A stretch of 64,000 bases of DNA from Desulfatiglandales bacterium (GTDB lineage: Bacteria > Desulfobacterota > DSM-4660 > Desulfatiglandales > Desulfatiglandaceae), in NCBI GenBank assembly GCA_963662465.1, contig OY759599.1, forward strand, positions 3,424,001 through 3,488,000, read 5' to 3'. Below are positions 29,801 to 39,509 of the stretch, in pieces. The notes beneath the pieces are model-generated. The model was not told where the DNA came from and did not search any database. It was given only the letters and a program-made list of their open reading frames with translations. The stretch's first letter is position 1, and each line of letters opens with the position of its first letter. A program made the position numbers and the translations under genes.

Positions 29801-30484
29801 CTAGAACGTGTAGATCTCTCTCTTGTTCTCACGAAGATCCACCATATAAAGCAAATCGGTCTTTTGTTTCAGTTCTTCCTTGAGTTGCTGAAATTGAAAC
29901 CGGTCAACCCCATACATGCGGATATAGACTTTGCGATGCCCTTCTCTGGCGCGATCGTATGAAGTCAGGATACTGACCATCCGACCGCCATATCCTCTGA
30001 TAATATCCGACACCTCTTTGATGGACCCAGGCCGGTCCTCCAATTCAAAGGCAAATTGGGTTCCCTTTTTTTTCAGGCCCGTCAATGAGACCAGAGCCCG
30101 GAAAATATCCGCCTTGGTAATCACACCCACTACTTCGCCGTTCCGGCCCACCACCGGAACGCCGGATATCTTTTTCTCCAAAAGAAGTTCGGCGGTCTCT
30201 CCGATGGTGTAATCCGGGGGAACGGTAACGGGGTCTTTGGTCATCAGGTCTTTGACCTTGATATTGCTAATAAGATAGAGAAGCTCATGAACTTCCAACG
30301 TGGTGGCATTGGAAGCCGATGCCTTTTTAAGGTCCCGATCGGTTACGATTCCCACCAGTTTATCTTTTTTCATGACGGGCAGCATGCTGATATGGTGTTC
30401 TTTTAACTTCCGGGTTGCATCCACCATGGAATTGTTTACATCAATGGTCGTAACCCCTTTGCTCATCCAATTTCTGACTAACAT
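29801..30484 (-). CDS. CBS-pair + ACT domain protein (AcuB family)
   Basis: MLVRNWMS..LVGIVTDRDLK..VKDLMTKDP..LEDRPGSIKEV; GGAGG RBS. Confidence 0.9.
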   Translation of the reverse strand: MLVRNWMSKGVTTIDVNNSMVDATRKLKEHHISMLPVMKKDKLVGIVTDRDLKKASASNATTLEVHELLYLISNIKVKDLMTKDPVTVPPDYTIGETAELLLEKKISGVPVVGRNGEVVGVITKADIFRALVSLTGLKKKGTQFAFELEDRPGSIKEVSDIIRGYGGRMVSILTSYDRAREGHRKVYIRMYGVDRFQFQQLKEELKQKTDLLYMVDLRENKREIYTF

Positions 30485-30876
30485 GGTTATTCCTCCTGCT
30501 TAATACTCAAATTTTAAAATTGACCGAAATCTAGCGATATTCCAAAAAACAGGCCCCTCTCTTTTATCATAAATCCAGAAGCATAAAGCGTGCCGCCTGA
30601 GCATAGGTTGAAACAACAAATTATTCGAACCGGCAGCGAAAACGCCACATCCCCAGGCCGAATACGGTGCTTCCCACAGCCAAATCCTTAAAATCGGTCT
30701 TGACATGAGGTCCGCTTCAGGTATATCCAAAAACGGCAAAGGACCCCGCCCCCGGCGACCATTCCCAAACGGACCTTCAAGACGTCACCGCTGCCGAGTG
30801 CTTGAGATTATCGGGCCGGATGTCCCCAGCCCCATCGATAGTATTCAACCAACTTTATTTGAGGTTTCAACAGATT

Positions 30877-33699
30877 ATGGTAAGACGTGAAACAGAAGAA
30901 AACATGTTAAAGGAGGCCCTGATAAAGCGGGAAGAAGAATACCGGCTGCTTGTGGAAAATCAAACGGATTTGCTTGTAAAGACCGATATGGAAGGGAGGT
31001 TGTTATTCGTCAGTCCGTCGTACTGCAAAACCTTCGGTAAGACCGAAGAACAACTGCTGGGACAGAAGTTCATGCCGATGGTCCATGAAGATGACCGGGA
31101 GAAAACGATTAAGGAAATGGAGAAACTATATCACCCTCCCCACACCTGTTACATCGAGCAGCGTGCCCTGACCAAGGATGGCTGGCGCTGGCTGGCCTGG
31201 GCCGACAAAGGGGTCGTTGATGAACAAAAGAAGGTCATTGCCATCGTCGGTGTCGGGAGGGACATTACCAAACGTATGGAGGCAAAAAAACAGCTGGAGC
31301 GATCAGAACACCAGATGAAAGTCAGAAATCAGATTGCCGATATATTTCTTACCTTCCCTGATGAAGAGATCTATGGAGAGGTGTTGAAAGTCCTTTTAAA
31401 AGAGTTTGACAGCGATTACGGACTCTTCGGATACATCACCGAAGATAGAACGCTTGTCATCCCATCCCTCACCAACGACATATGGGATCATTGCAAGGTT
31501 GCGGACAAGAACATCCGTTTCCCCCACGAGGAATGGGGAGGGATTTGGGGCCGGGCACTTACCCGTAAAAAGGCTTATTATTCCAATAGTTCTCACCATG
31601 TGCCTGAAGGGCATATGCCCATATTCAGATCACTGAATGTGCCGATCCTTTCTAAAGGGGAGTGCGTGGGGTTGATGGTCCTGGCCAATAAAAAAACCGA
31701 TTATGATGAAACGGATAAAAAGTTGCTGCAAAGTATTGCTGACTACATAGGGCCGATTCTGAACCTGCGCATTCAGCGCGACGGCGTTAGAAAAGAACGG
31801 AAATCAGTTGCTGATGCGCTCATGGCAGCGAAAGAAAGGTATTATAAGCTCTTTGAAAATGCTCCCGTAGGGATCGGCGTCACCAATTTTGAGGGTCGTT
31901 TGATTGATGCTAACCGGCATTTTCTTGAAATCCTGGGGTATTCACTGGAGGAGCTTAAAGGCATCAACATGCTTGAACTCTATTATGAACCTGAAGCGCG
32001 CAAGCGGATCATAGAAGAGCTAAAGAACTCCGGCGTAGTCATTGACCGGGAAGTGCTCATTAAACGAAAGACGGGGGATGTTTTACATGCATTATTAAAC
32101 ATGAATCGTTTAGATTCAAAAAATCAGCCGCTAATCCTTTCTATTTTTCGCGATATCACAAGCCAAAAGAAAACCGAGAACGCTCTGCGCCAAAATGAAT
32201 TGAAATTCCGCAGCATTTTTGAATTGTCCCCCCAGCCCATTTGCTTAGCGGAGATGAATACGAATAGATTTGTGGAGGTTAATAATAAATGTTGTGAGAT
32301 ATTGGGATACACGAAAGAAGAGATCGTGGGCGAGACGCCGGTGGGATTGGGATTTTTATCCGATGATCAGTTCAATCGGTTTATGAATCAATTGCGGACA
32401 GCTAAAACTGTCCAGGGACTTGAGATGGCCGTTAAAGCCAGGGATAATTCCATTGTCAACGTTGCCGTCTACTCAAAACTCATTAAGGTCGGAAGCAAAC
32501 CTTTGGCCCTTAACATACTTCTTGATTTGACTTACAGAAAAAAAGTAGAGGCGGAACTTATCCAATCGCAGAAGATGGAGGCCATCGGCACCCTGGCGGG
32601 AGGGATAGCGCATGATTTTAACAACATCCTCAGCGCCATTATCGGATATTCCGAACTGGCAAAGATGGAAGCGGAAGATTTGGAAGACAGTAACATGCTT
32701 AAAGACCTGGATCAGCTGCTTCAGGCGGGAAATCGGGCAAAAGCGCTGGTGCAACGGATCCTGACCGTCAGCCGCAGACACAAACAGGAACGGCAGCCAC
32801 TCCAGTTAAGATACCTTTTGAAAGAAGTGATCGGACTGCTCAGGGCTACCCTGCCCACAACCATTGAGATCCGTGAAGATCTGGCAAAAGACGCGGGTAT
32901 TGTTGATGCGGACCCAAACCAGTTGCATCAGGTGATTATGAATCTCTGCACCAATGCGGGCTATGCCATGGGGGAGAGCGGGGGGGTGCTGTCAATCGGC
33001 CTTGAAAGTGCGACGCTGGATGAAATGGAGTCTTCACGATATCCGGATCTCCATGCCGGTTCTTATCTTAAATTGACGGTCAATGATACCGGATACGGCA
33101 TGAACCCCGATACAATGGCGCACATCTTTGATGCCTATTTCACGACCAAAGAGATCGGTGAAGGCACCGGCCTGGGATTGTCTGTTGCGCACGGCATTGT
33201 CAAGCGTCACGGAGGCGCCATAACCGTGTCCAGTCGGCCAGGGGAAGGATCCACCTTTTGTGTGTATCTGCCCGTCATCAAAAAGATTGAAATACCCCAA
33301 GAGGAACCTGTACATCCTGTTCCCACTGGAAATGAACGGATACTTTTCATTGATGATGAGCCGATGATCGTGGATATCGGGAAGCAGTTGTTGGAAAAGT
33401 TGGGATACGACGTTTTTGCCATCATGAGCAGTGTTGAAGCCTTAGAACTGTTCCGAACAGAACCGGAACGTTTTGATCTGGTGATTACCGACATGACCAT
33501 GCCCCATATGACGGGAGACAAGCTGGCCCGGGAGTTAATCAGGATTCGCCCGGATATCCCGATCATCCTTTGCACGGGATACGGCAAAGGGATCTCGGAA
33601 GAGAAAAAAAATGGCAACGGTATTCGGGCCGTTGTGATGAAGCCCATCAGAAGACGGGATTTGGGTGAAACTGTCAGGAAGGTGTTGGATAAGCGGTAA
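30877..33699 (+). CDS. Hybrid sensor kinase PAS-GAF-PAS-PAS-HisKA-HATPase-REC (CckA-type)
   Basis: QKMEAIGTLAGGIAHDFNNIL, MNLCTNA, FTTK..GTGLGL and a C-terminal receiver; start uncertain (30877 or 30904). Confidence 0.92.
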   Translation: MVRRETEENMLKEALIKREEEYRLLVENQTDLLVKTDMEGRLLFVSPSYCKTFGKTEEQLLGQKFMPMVHEDDREKTIKEMEKLYHPPHTCYIEQRALTKDGWRWLAWADKGVVDEQKKVIAIVGVGRDITKRMEAKKQLERSEHQMKVRNQIADIFLTFPDEEIYGEVLKVLLKEFDSDYGLFGYITEDRTLVIPSLTNDIWDHCKVADKNIRFPHEEWGGIWGRALTRKKAYYSNSSHHVPEGHMPIFRSLNVPILSKGECVGLMVLANKKTDYDETDKKLLQSIADYIGPILNLRIQRDGVRKERKSVADALMAAKERYYKLFENAPVGIGVTNFEGRLIDANRHFLEILGYSLEELKGINMLELYYEPEARKRIIEELKNSGVVIDREVLIKRKTGDVLHALLNMNRLDSKNQPLILSIFRDITSQKKTENALRQNELKFRSIFELSPQPICLAEMNTNRFVEVNNKCCEILGYTKEEIVGETPVGLGFLSDDQFNRFMNQLRTAKTVQGLEMAVKARDNSIVNVAVYSKLIKVGSKPLALNILLDLTYRKKVEAELIQSQKMEAIGTLAGGIAHDFNNILSAIIGYSELAKMEAEDLEDSNMLKDLDQLLQAGNRAKALVQRILTVSRRHKQERQPLQLRYLLKEVIGLLRATLPTTIEIREDLAKDAGIVDADPNQLHQVIMNLCTNAGYAMGESGGVLSIGLESATLDEMESSRYPDLHAGSYLKLTVNDTGYGMNPDTMAHIFDAYFTTKEIGEGTGLGLSVAHGIVKRHGGAITVSSRPGEGSTFCVYLPVIKKIEIPQEEPVHPVPTGNERILFIDDEPMIVDIGKQLLEKLGYDVFAIMSSVEALELFRTEPERFDLVITDMTMPHMTGDKLARELIRIRPDIPIILCTGYGKGISEEKKNGNGIRAVVMKPIRRRDLGETVRKVLDKR

Positions 33700-33711
33700 T
33701 AAGGGGGGGGG

Positions 33712-34116
33712 TTAATGGTCTGCTTGGTTTTCACGTTTCTTAATCAAGCGGGATAAAGACGCCTCTATGGTTTGGGTCGTAAAAGGCTTATCTATGAAAT
33801 CCTGTACGCCTAACTTTACTGCCTCTGAAACAATATCCTCACTCTTGTAGGCGGTGATGAGTATTGTCATGATATGCGGCTGTGTACCTCGAACATGTCT
33901 GAGAAACGCCAGACCATCCATACCCGGCAATCTGTAATCGGTGACTAAAATGTCATAGTCATGCTGCTTTATCGCTTCCATGCCTTCTTCAGCGGTCTCA
34001 AGTGCTGTTATGTGGCATCCCTCACTTTCAAAGAATAGACACAGGGAATCTCTTATCCATTCATCATCATCGATAAGTAATATCGCCATGCTCTTGAGTT
34101 TGTTGAACAGATCCAT
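33712..34116 (-). CDS. Single-domain response regulator
   Basis: LIDDDE..TDYRLPGMDG..ITAY..DKP. Confidence 0.88.
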   Translation of the reverse strand: MDLFNKLKSMAILLIDDDEWIRDSLCLFFESEGCHITALETAEEGMEAIKQHDYDILVTDYRLPGMDGLAFLRHVRGTQPHIMTILITAYKSEDIVSEAVKLGVQDFIDKPFTTQTIEASLSRLIKKRENQADH

Positions 34117-34213
34117 TGTTGCCTTTCACGCTTGAAAAACTTCGAAAATATACTCATGCATCTCAATTTATTTAAAAACAAAACGAACCGGTTTTCCTTT
34201 CTGCATGTAGCTT

Positions 34214-34229
34214 TGCATAATGCGTACCA
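34214..34229 (-). promoter_or_regulatory. Candidate sigma54 -24/-12 promoter for the receiver gene
   Basis: TGGTACGCATTATGCA = GG-N10-GC, ~100 bp upstream of the ATG. Confidence 0.55.
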
Positions 34230-34440
34230 TTTAAGTATTATCATTAGAAATGTTTTATATTCAAACCGTTAGCCACCCCTACCCTTGCTGAAGGAACTGC
34301 AGGAACAGGATATTTAGAAAAATTGCTAAATGGCATGTAGCATATTTTCGAAATGAAAGACCAGCCACGCATCACAATCTGAAATGGCACGTGACGAGGA
34401 TGATGAATTTTAAGGGGGCTTGAAAAAAGAATTGGGTCAA

Positions 34441-34702
34441 TTGGCTGTCACCGCCGACAAGTATGGAACCCATGTACGGCGATTGATACGGGACCCACAT
34501 GGCGGTATAGGGAGAACTTGATGTAGATTTATTTTTCTAAATTTTTTTATAAAATCTATTTTCTTTGGGTCTGGTTTTTTTTCTTTTCAGGCAAAAGTCT
34601 TGGGAGTAAGAGATCAGATTTGTTTTGGGAGATGGATGTGAAAGGCCCGAAGTAGCCGCTTCGGGCTTTTTTTTTGACCGTCAGATAGAGCCGGAAGCCA
34701 CA
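34441..34702 (+). repeat. Diverged second copy of the IS21-element non-coding leader (10761..11023)
   Basis: Shared blocks TTGGCTGTCACCGCCG, TTGATGTAGATTTA, TTTTTATAAAATCTATTTTCTTTGG, GGCCCGAAGTAGCCGCTTCGGGC and GATAGAGCCGGAAGCCACA in the same order and spacing. Confidence 0.88.
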
Positions 34703-34715
34703 ACAGGGGATTTTT

Positions 34716-35081
34716 TTAGCCCCTTGAACCGCCATTCGAGTATACAATTGATGTGGGTGACACAACTGAGTTCAAGGCAGATTTGAGTTCAGGAGACTGT
34801 TTCCATGTGGCTATCCAGGCGCTTACAATGAGCAATTTATCCCATAAAATCTTGCTATGACGAAATATCCAAGATATGGCCGCTAATTTATAATTGCCCA
34901 AACTCGCCCGTTCAAACTTTGCCCAACACACGGCATTTACCATTAATATACAGGTAAGACAAAAACTTAACCACGTTTTCTGGGTAAATGTTAAACCAGC
35001 ACCAGGTTGATATTGCCCCAATCTATTATTGAGGTCTTCAATGTATTTTTTGATAAATGGTGCAGATCCAGTTAGCATCAC
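34716..35081 (-). pseudogene. N-terminal fragment of a probable DDE (IS4/IS701-like) transposase
   Basis: APFIKKYIEDLN..LTFTQKTWLSFCL..VCWAKFERASLG..ISWIFRHSKILWDKLL recalls deltaproteobacterial transposase N-termini; no DDE core; family assignment from memory. Confidence 0.5.
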
Positions 35082-35406
35082 GATGGATAGACTCTTTTAT
35101 AATGGGTTAATGTTTTGTCAATTGCCGCCATTATATTATCAAAATTAAAATTTAGTTAATCATAAAAACTTGATCATCGAGTATATGCAACATTTCTTTG
35201 ATTTCGCTGAAAAATAGTGTAAGATTGTTCTGTCAGTGTCGCACGATTTTGGGCAGAGCGGTGTGAGGGCTAATGCACGTAGTACTTTCCTGTAACGGGA
35301 TGAGCTAAAATTTGGCAAACTACCATATATTGTGGCCGTAAGGCTCTTCGATGTAACTTCCAATGCCTAAACACATTTATGGATAGCTAAAGCATATTCC
35401 CATGTT

Positions 35407-35640
35407 GTCAACTACCCCTCCTGAATCAAAGATTCAGAAGGGGCTTGTAAAAGCCCAAGTTGACTAGCCTAAGTCTTAACTGACTACGTTCGGCAGGATG
35501 TAGATACCTTTGGATGTAATCGCCAGTCCAAAGCTCTATCGTGGCTCTGTAAAAGCTCTGTGAGGTAGGAGCGGTCAACCACAGTGCGAAGCTTGCTGAA
35601 CATTGGCGAGGCGAACTTTACCCCTCTTCGGAGGGTGCGA
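35407..35640 (+). ncRNA. omegaRNA (HEARO-like) scaffold; the guide would be the flanking sequence immediately 5' of 35407
   Basis: GTCAAC...GTTGACTAGCCTAAG...CTACGTT...GGATG..CCAGTCC..CTCT...AACATTGGCGAGG...ACC hallmarks directly upstream of iscB. Confidence 0.85.
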
Positions 35641-35658
35641 ATAACCAAAAGATTTTTT

Positions 35659-37029
35659 ATGAAAGTGTATGTCAAATCAAAATCAGGAACTTGGCTGATG
35701 CCGACAAATCCCGCCAATGCCAGGATTATGCTCAAGCAGGGAAAGGCCAGGGTGATTCAGAGAACACCGTTTACGATCCAGCTTTTATATGAAACTACCG
35801 AGTATATTCAGCCTGTGACAGTGGGGATTGATGATGGAGGGATCAATATCGGGATAGCGGCAGTTTCAAACGGAAAGGTTCTATTTCAACAGGAAGTTGT
35901 TTTACGCTCGGATATTAAGTCGAAACTGGGTACCCGGAGGCAATACCGGAGATCCAGAAGAAATCGAAAAACAAGGTATCGAAAGGCAAGATTTCTGAAC
36001 CGAAAACAGTCCACACCAGTTTGTAAAGTATGCGGAGGCAATGCGCCGGCTTCAAAGATACTCTGTAGAAGGTGCCTGAATGCAGTGGGAGGCGTTCATC
36101 AAAAATATGCGGAGGTTAAGAAGGCAACTTTTCGGATTCCTCCGTCAATCAAGGCAAAGAAAGATATGATTGCCAGGATAGTAAAACAAATACCATTACC
36201 GATATCGAAAATCATTCTGGAAGATGTCTATTTCGATTTTCAGGCAATGGAGAACCCCGGTATTTCAGGGGAACAATATCAGCACGGAGATTTACTTTAT
36301 CATAAGAATTTCAAACAGGCATGTATGGTCCGAGACAAATTCAAATGTCGTGTCTGTGGAACACAATCACGTCTACAATGTCATCACATCAAGGCAAGAT
36401 CGAAAGGAGGAACTGATAAACTGTCAAACCTGATGAGCTTGTGTGAAAAATGCCATGATCGGCGCCACAAAGAAGGTCTGAAACTTCCCAGGCAGAAAAG
36501 CGCTTTCTATATTTCAGCGGCGCATGTTCAACAAGGGAAAAACTATTTACGGAGAAAATTATCTCAAATAGCGCCATTAACAACGACGTTTGGATACATC
36601 ACAGCCCATTACCGAAATAAAGCTGGGATAGAAAAATCACATGTGAACGATGCCGTTATAATTGCAAATAAGCAGGCGACGCCTGTTAATCTGCAAATCA
36701 CAACCAGACATGTGCAGGCACGGAAACGAAGTTTGCATGAAGCAACCGCAAGAAAGGGGCAAAAAACACCGAATCAAACGCAAAAGCGGAACAACAAAAA
36801 CGTTTTCACTCTCAAGGAATTCCGCCGTTGGGATACGGTAAGCTACAAAGGGAAGACTGGGTTTATTTCAGGATTCTCGGGATCTTCAGCATGTCGGATT
36901 GTCGATATCCATGGTGATTACATAAAAAATCCGACTAAAAAATACACCCAGGTCAATCTAAGTGAGGTGGTTTTAATTTGCAGGAACCAGACAAGCATAA
37001 GTCAGCAACGCCAATTCCTCCCCCACTGA
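35659..37029 (+). CDS. iscB: IscB RNA-guided endonuclease (456 aa) with a Cys4 insertion
   Basis: WLMP (PLMP) domain, RuvC-I VGIDDG, Arg-rich bridge helix RRQYRRSRRNR, RuvC-II ILEDVYFD, HNH (CRVC..HHI..GG..N..LCEKCH), RuvC-III SHVNDA. Confidence 0.93.
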   Translation: MKVYVKSKSGTWLMPTNPANARIMLKQGKARVIQRTPFTIQLLYETTEYIQPVTVGIDDGGINIGIAAVSNGKVLFQQEVVLRSDIKSKLGTRRQYRRSRRNRKTRYRKARFLNRKQSTPVCKVCGGNAPASKILCRRCLNAVGGVHQKYAEVKKATFRIPPSIKAKKDMIARIVKQIPLPISKIILEDVYFDFQAMENPGISGEQYQHGDLLYHKNFKQACMVRDKFKCRVCGTQSRLQCHHIKARSKGGTDKLSNLMSLCEKCHDRRHKEGLKLPRQKSAFYISAAHVQQGKNYLRRKLSQIAPLTTTFGYITAHYRNKAGIEKSHVNDAVIIANKQATPVNLQITTRHVQARKRSLHEATARKGQKTPNQTQKRNNKNVFTLKEFRRWDTVSYKGKTGFISGFSGSSACRIVDIHGDYIKNPTKKYTQVNLSEVVLICRNQTSISQQRQFLPH

Positions 37030-37207
37030 ATCAGAGATTCAGAAGGGGACTCCTTGGCGAGAAGTTGAACCCACAAAATCAATTTGAGGTTGTCAAATTC
37101 TGTCAGGTAGATGCTGAAATGTAAGTAGCCACTATATAATCAGACCTCGTTACTCTAAAATTTTTCATTTTCAAAATTATACGGGAATACAGCAGGCAAG
37201 ACAAACG

Positions 37208-38266
37208 ATGAAAACTGGCAGTAATAAACCCATTCAGTTGACGATCACAATTTTGCTAATGCTTGTTGCCTTAATGGGGTTGTATTTCACAAGCTGGGTA
37301 AACTATCTGCTCTTTCATGCTCTTGCAGAAGGATTTAGTATTGTTGTTGCTTTTTCTATCTTTATGATTGCATGGAACTCAAAGAAATATATCCACAACC
37401 CCTATCTTCTGTTTATCGGTGTGGCCTACTTATTCATTGCTTTTTTAGATATGTTGCATACCCTGTCATATAAGGGAATGCCAATCTTCACGGATTATGA
37501 CTATTATGCTAACCAGTTGTGGATATGTGCCCGATATCTGGAAAGTATAACGCTTCTTATTGCCTTTATATCCTTTCGCAATGATAAAGTGCTCAAGGTG
37601 GAGATCTTACTTGCTGTCTATACCGTGATTACATGTTTCCTCATCGCAAGCATATTTTACTGGAAAATTTTCCCTGAATGTTTTGTCGAAGGAAGGGGTT
37701 TAACTCCTTTTAAAAAAATAAGCGAATATGTTATCTGCGCCATTCTAATAGGGGCTATTTTCCTTTTATATAAAAACCGAGAAAGGTTCGAAGAAAAAGT
37801 ATATTTGCTGCTCTTCTGGTCAATAATTTGCACAATAATTTCGGAGCTTGCCTTCACTTTTTATATCAGTAATTATGGGTTTTCCAATTTGGTAGGGCAT
37901 TACTTCAAGATTTTTTCGTTTTTACTGATTTATATTGCCATAATAAAAACAGGGATAGAAAAGCCATTCGAGTTGATATTCCTGGATCTCGACAAAGCGA
38001 ACAAGAGACTTAAGCAGGAAATTGAGGTCCGAACAAAAACCCAACGTGAAAATGAGGATTTAATTGATGAGTTAAAACAGGCTTTGGAAGAAATCAAAAC
38101 CTTGACAGGCGTTATCCCAATCTGTGCTTATTGCAAAAAAATCCGCGACGAGAAAGGGGCTTGGGATAGGATGGAAGCCTATATATCTGCTCATTCAGAA
38201 GCTCAATTTAGCCATGGTATTTGTCCGGAATGTTACAAGAAAGAGATGGAGAGACTGGATCAATAG
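37208..38266 (+). CDS. MASE3 membrane sensor with a C-terminal coiled coil and CxxC/H-x-x-CxxC domain
   Basis: YLLFHALAEGFSIVVA, DMLHTLSYKGM and QLWICARYLES, then IPICAYCKKIRD...FSHGICPEC. Confidence 0.85.
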   Translation: MKTGSNKPIQLTITILLMLVALMGLYFTSWVNYLLFHALAEGFSIVVAFSIFMIAWNSKKYIHNPYLLFIGVAYLFIAFLDMLHTLSYKGMPIFTDYDYYANQLWICARYLESITLLIAFISFRNDKVLKVEILLAVYTVITCFLIASIFYWKIFPECFVEGRGLTPFKKISEYVICAILIGAIFLLYKNRERFEEKVYLLLFWSIICTIISELAFTFYISNYGFSNLVGHYFKIFSFLLIYIAIIKTGIEKPFELIFLDLDKANKRLKQEIEVRTKTQRENEDLIDELKQALEEIKTLTGVIPICAYCKKIRDEKGAWDRMEAYISAHSEAQFSHGICPECYKKEMERLDQ

Positions 38267-38524
38267 GGAAGAATCACCGGACAAAAATCTGTACCAGACT
38301 TCGCCTTGTTGATGACCAATCATCATTCGGTGCGGCCGACTTTTCTATGTGCAACATTCGCTTGATTTCGCTGGCAAATAATGCAAGATTGATTTGTCAT
38401 CCTTGTACTATTTTCGCCTCTTTGATGTGCGGAATAATGCACGTTAATCCTTTTATGAAACCGGATAAGCGGAAACCGAATTGACCCCTATATGTTGTGG
38501 TGGTAGAACTTTATAGTTTAGGTC

Positions 38525-38777
38525 CAATACCCGTGAATGAATGACGTTCATCCTTATGGCTGATCTGTATTTCACCATGAAGGGCATGAAGACCATGAAG
38601 AAGTTCACTTTTGGAACTTAATAAGGGAAAGATAAAATCGGATTAAATGATGTTAATTTGAATATCTTTATGAGTTTTGAAAATCCGGTTCACTTTTTTC
38701 ACCCAGCCTCTTCATGCCCTTCATGTTCTTCATGGTAAACCAAACAATACATGAATCAAATTCATTCACGGGTATTG
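38525..38777. mobile_element. 253-bp MITE with perfect 18-bp TIRs and a 10-bp TSD (AGTTTAGGTC)
   Basis: CAATACCCGTGAATGAAT (38525-42) / ATTCATTCACGGGTATTG (38760-77); TSD 38515-24 and 38778-87; empty homologous site at ~60650. Confidence 0.9.
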
Positions 38778-39509
38778 AGTTTAGGTCCAGGAACATGAAG
38801 GTAATTTTAGATATGTAAGGGAATATCACCACTTCAGTGACACTTTTTTTTGGGGATACTCTCAATCTATTACAACCACGCCAGACTTGAGATATGAAAT
38901 TAATATCTCAGGTTTACCCAGTTACCCCAATTTGAGTATATCACAGCTTTTTGACCCGCCAATATATGGGTATATTGTCAAGTTATTGCATTTAGCAGAA
39001 CTTTAAAGCGCATTTTTCCAAACACTATATCTTGTGCCGGTGATTTTTCTGATTTTCCAATTTCATTGAAGGTCTCTACCATTATTTCCCGATAGGATTC
39101 CGGGAATTGGGCCACAAATGAAAAACCATTGCCTTCAATGCTGGCATTTGCTCCCGTGCTGTCACTTTTTGAATTTTTTGTTTACAAGCGTTTGAAAACC
39201 GATTTAAATTGCTGCAAAGGAAAAACAGTAATGACACCTTTAAGTTCTCCCGTGATGGGATGAGCGGCAACTGGACCTACCTACCCCCCATATTTGTTTA
39301 TGTAAAATTTTTGATGTAACTTCAGAAAACCGACCTTACCCATGGGGTAACATTAAGGATTGTCTCAAAATGTAGGTGTCGAATTGTATGGCAGCCCGAA
39401 AGTTACCCGGGATTATGAATCCAGTGACACAAAAGCAAACCCATAACAGTGAATACGAGAAGTCCGCAGTTTCAGCAAAAAATCCAACTTCATAATGAGG
39501 TCAGACATC

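Larger units (their letters stand above)
35407..37063 (+). mobile_element. Non-autonomous IS200/IS605-superfamily element encoding omegaRNA + IscB
   Basis: Begins GTCAACTACCCC; near-identical subterminal hairpins CCCC..CTGAATC-AAA/AGA-GATTCAG-AAGGGG at 35415-35443 and 37020-37048; no tnpA; right end approximate. Confidence 0.85.

Noticed and set aside
35584..37029. Calling the HNH/RuvC protein Cas9, or using the upstream start at 35584
   Set aside because: Its size, PLMP-type N-terminus and omegaRNA identify IscB; the 35584-35658 extension lies within the RNA scaffold
39380..39415. TATGGCAGCC...GTTACC resembling the 3' end of a c-di-GMP-I riboswitch
   Set aside because: The upstream GCAAAC..GAAA..GACGCAAA core is absent
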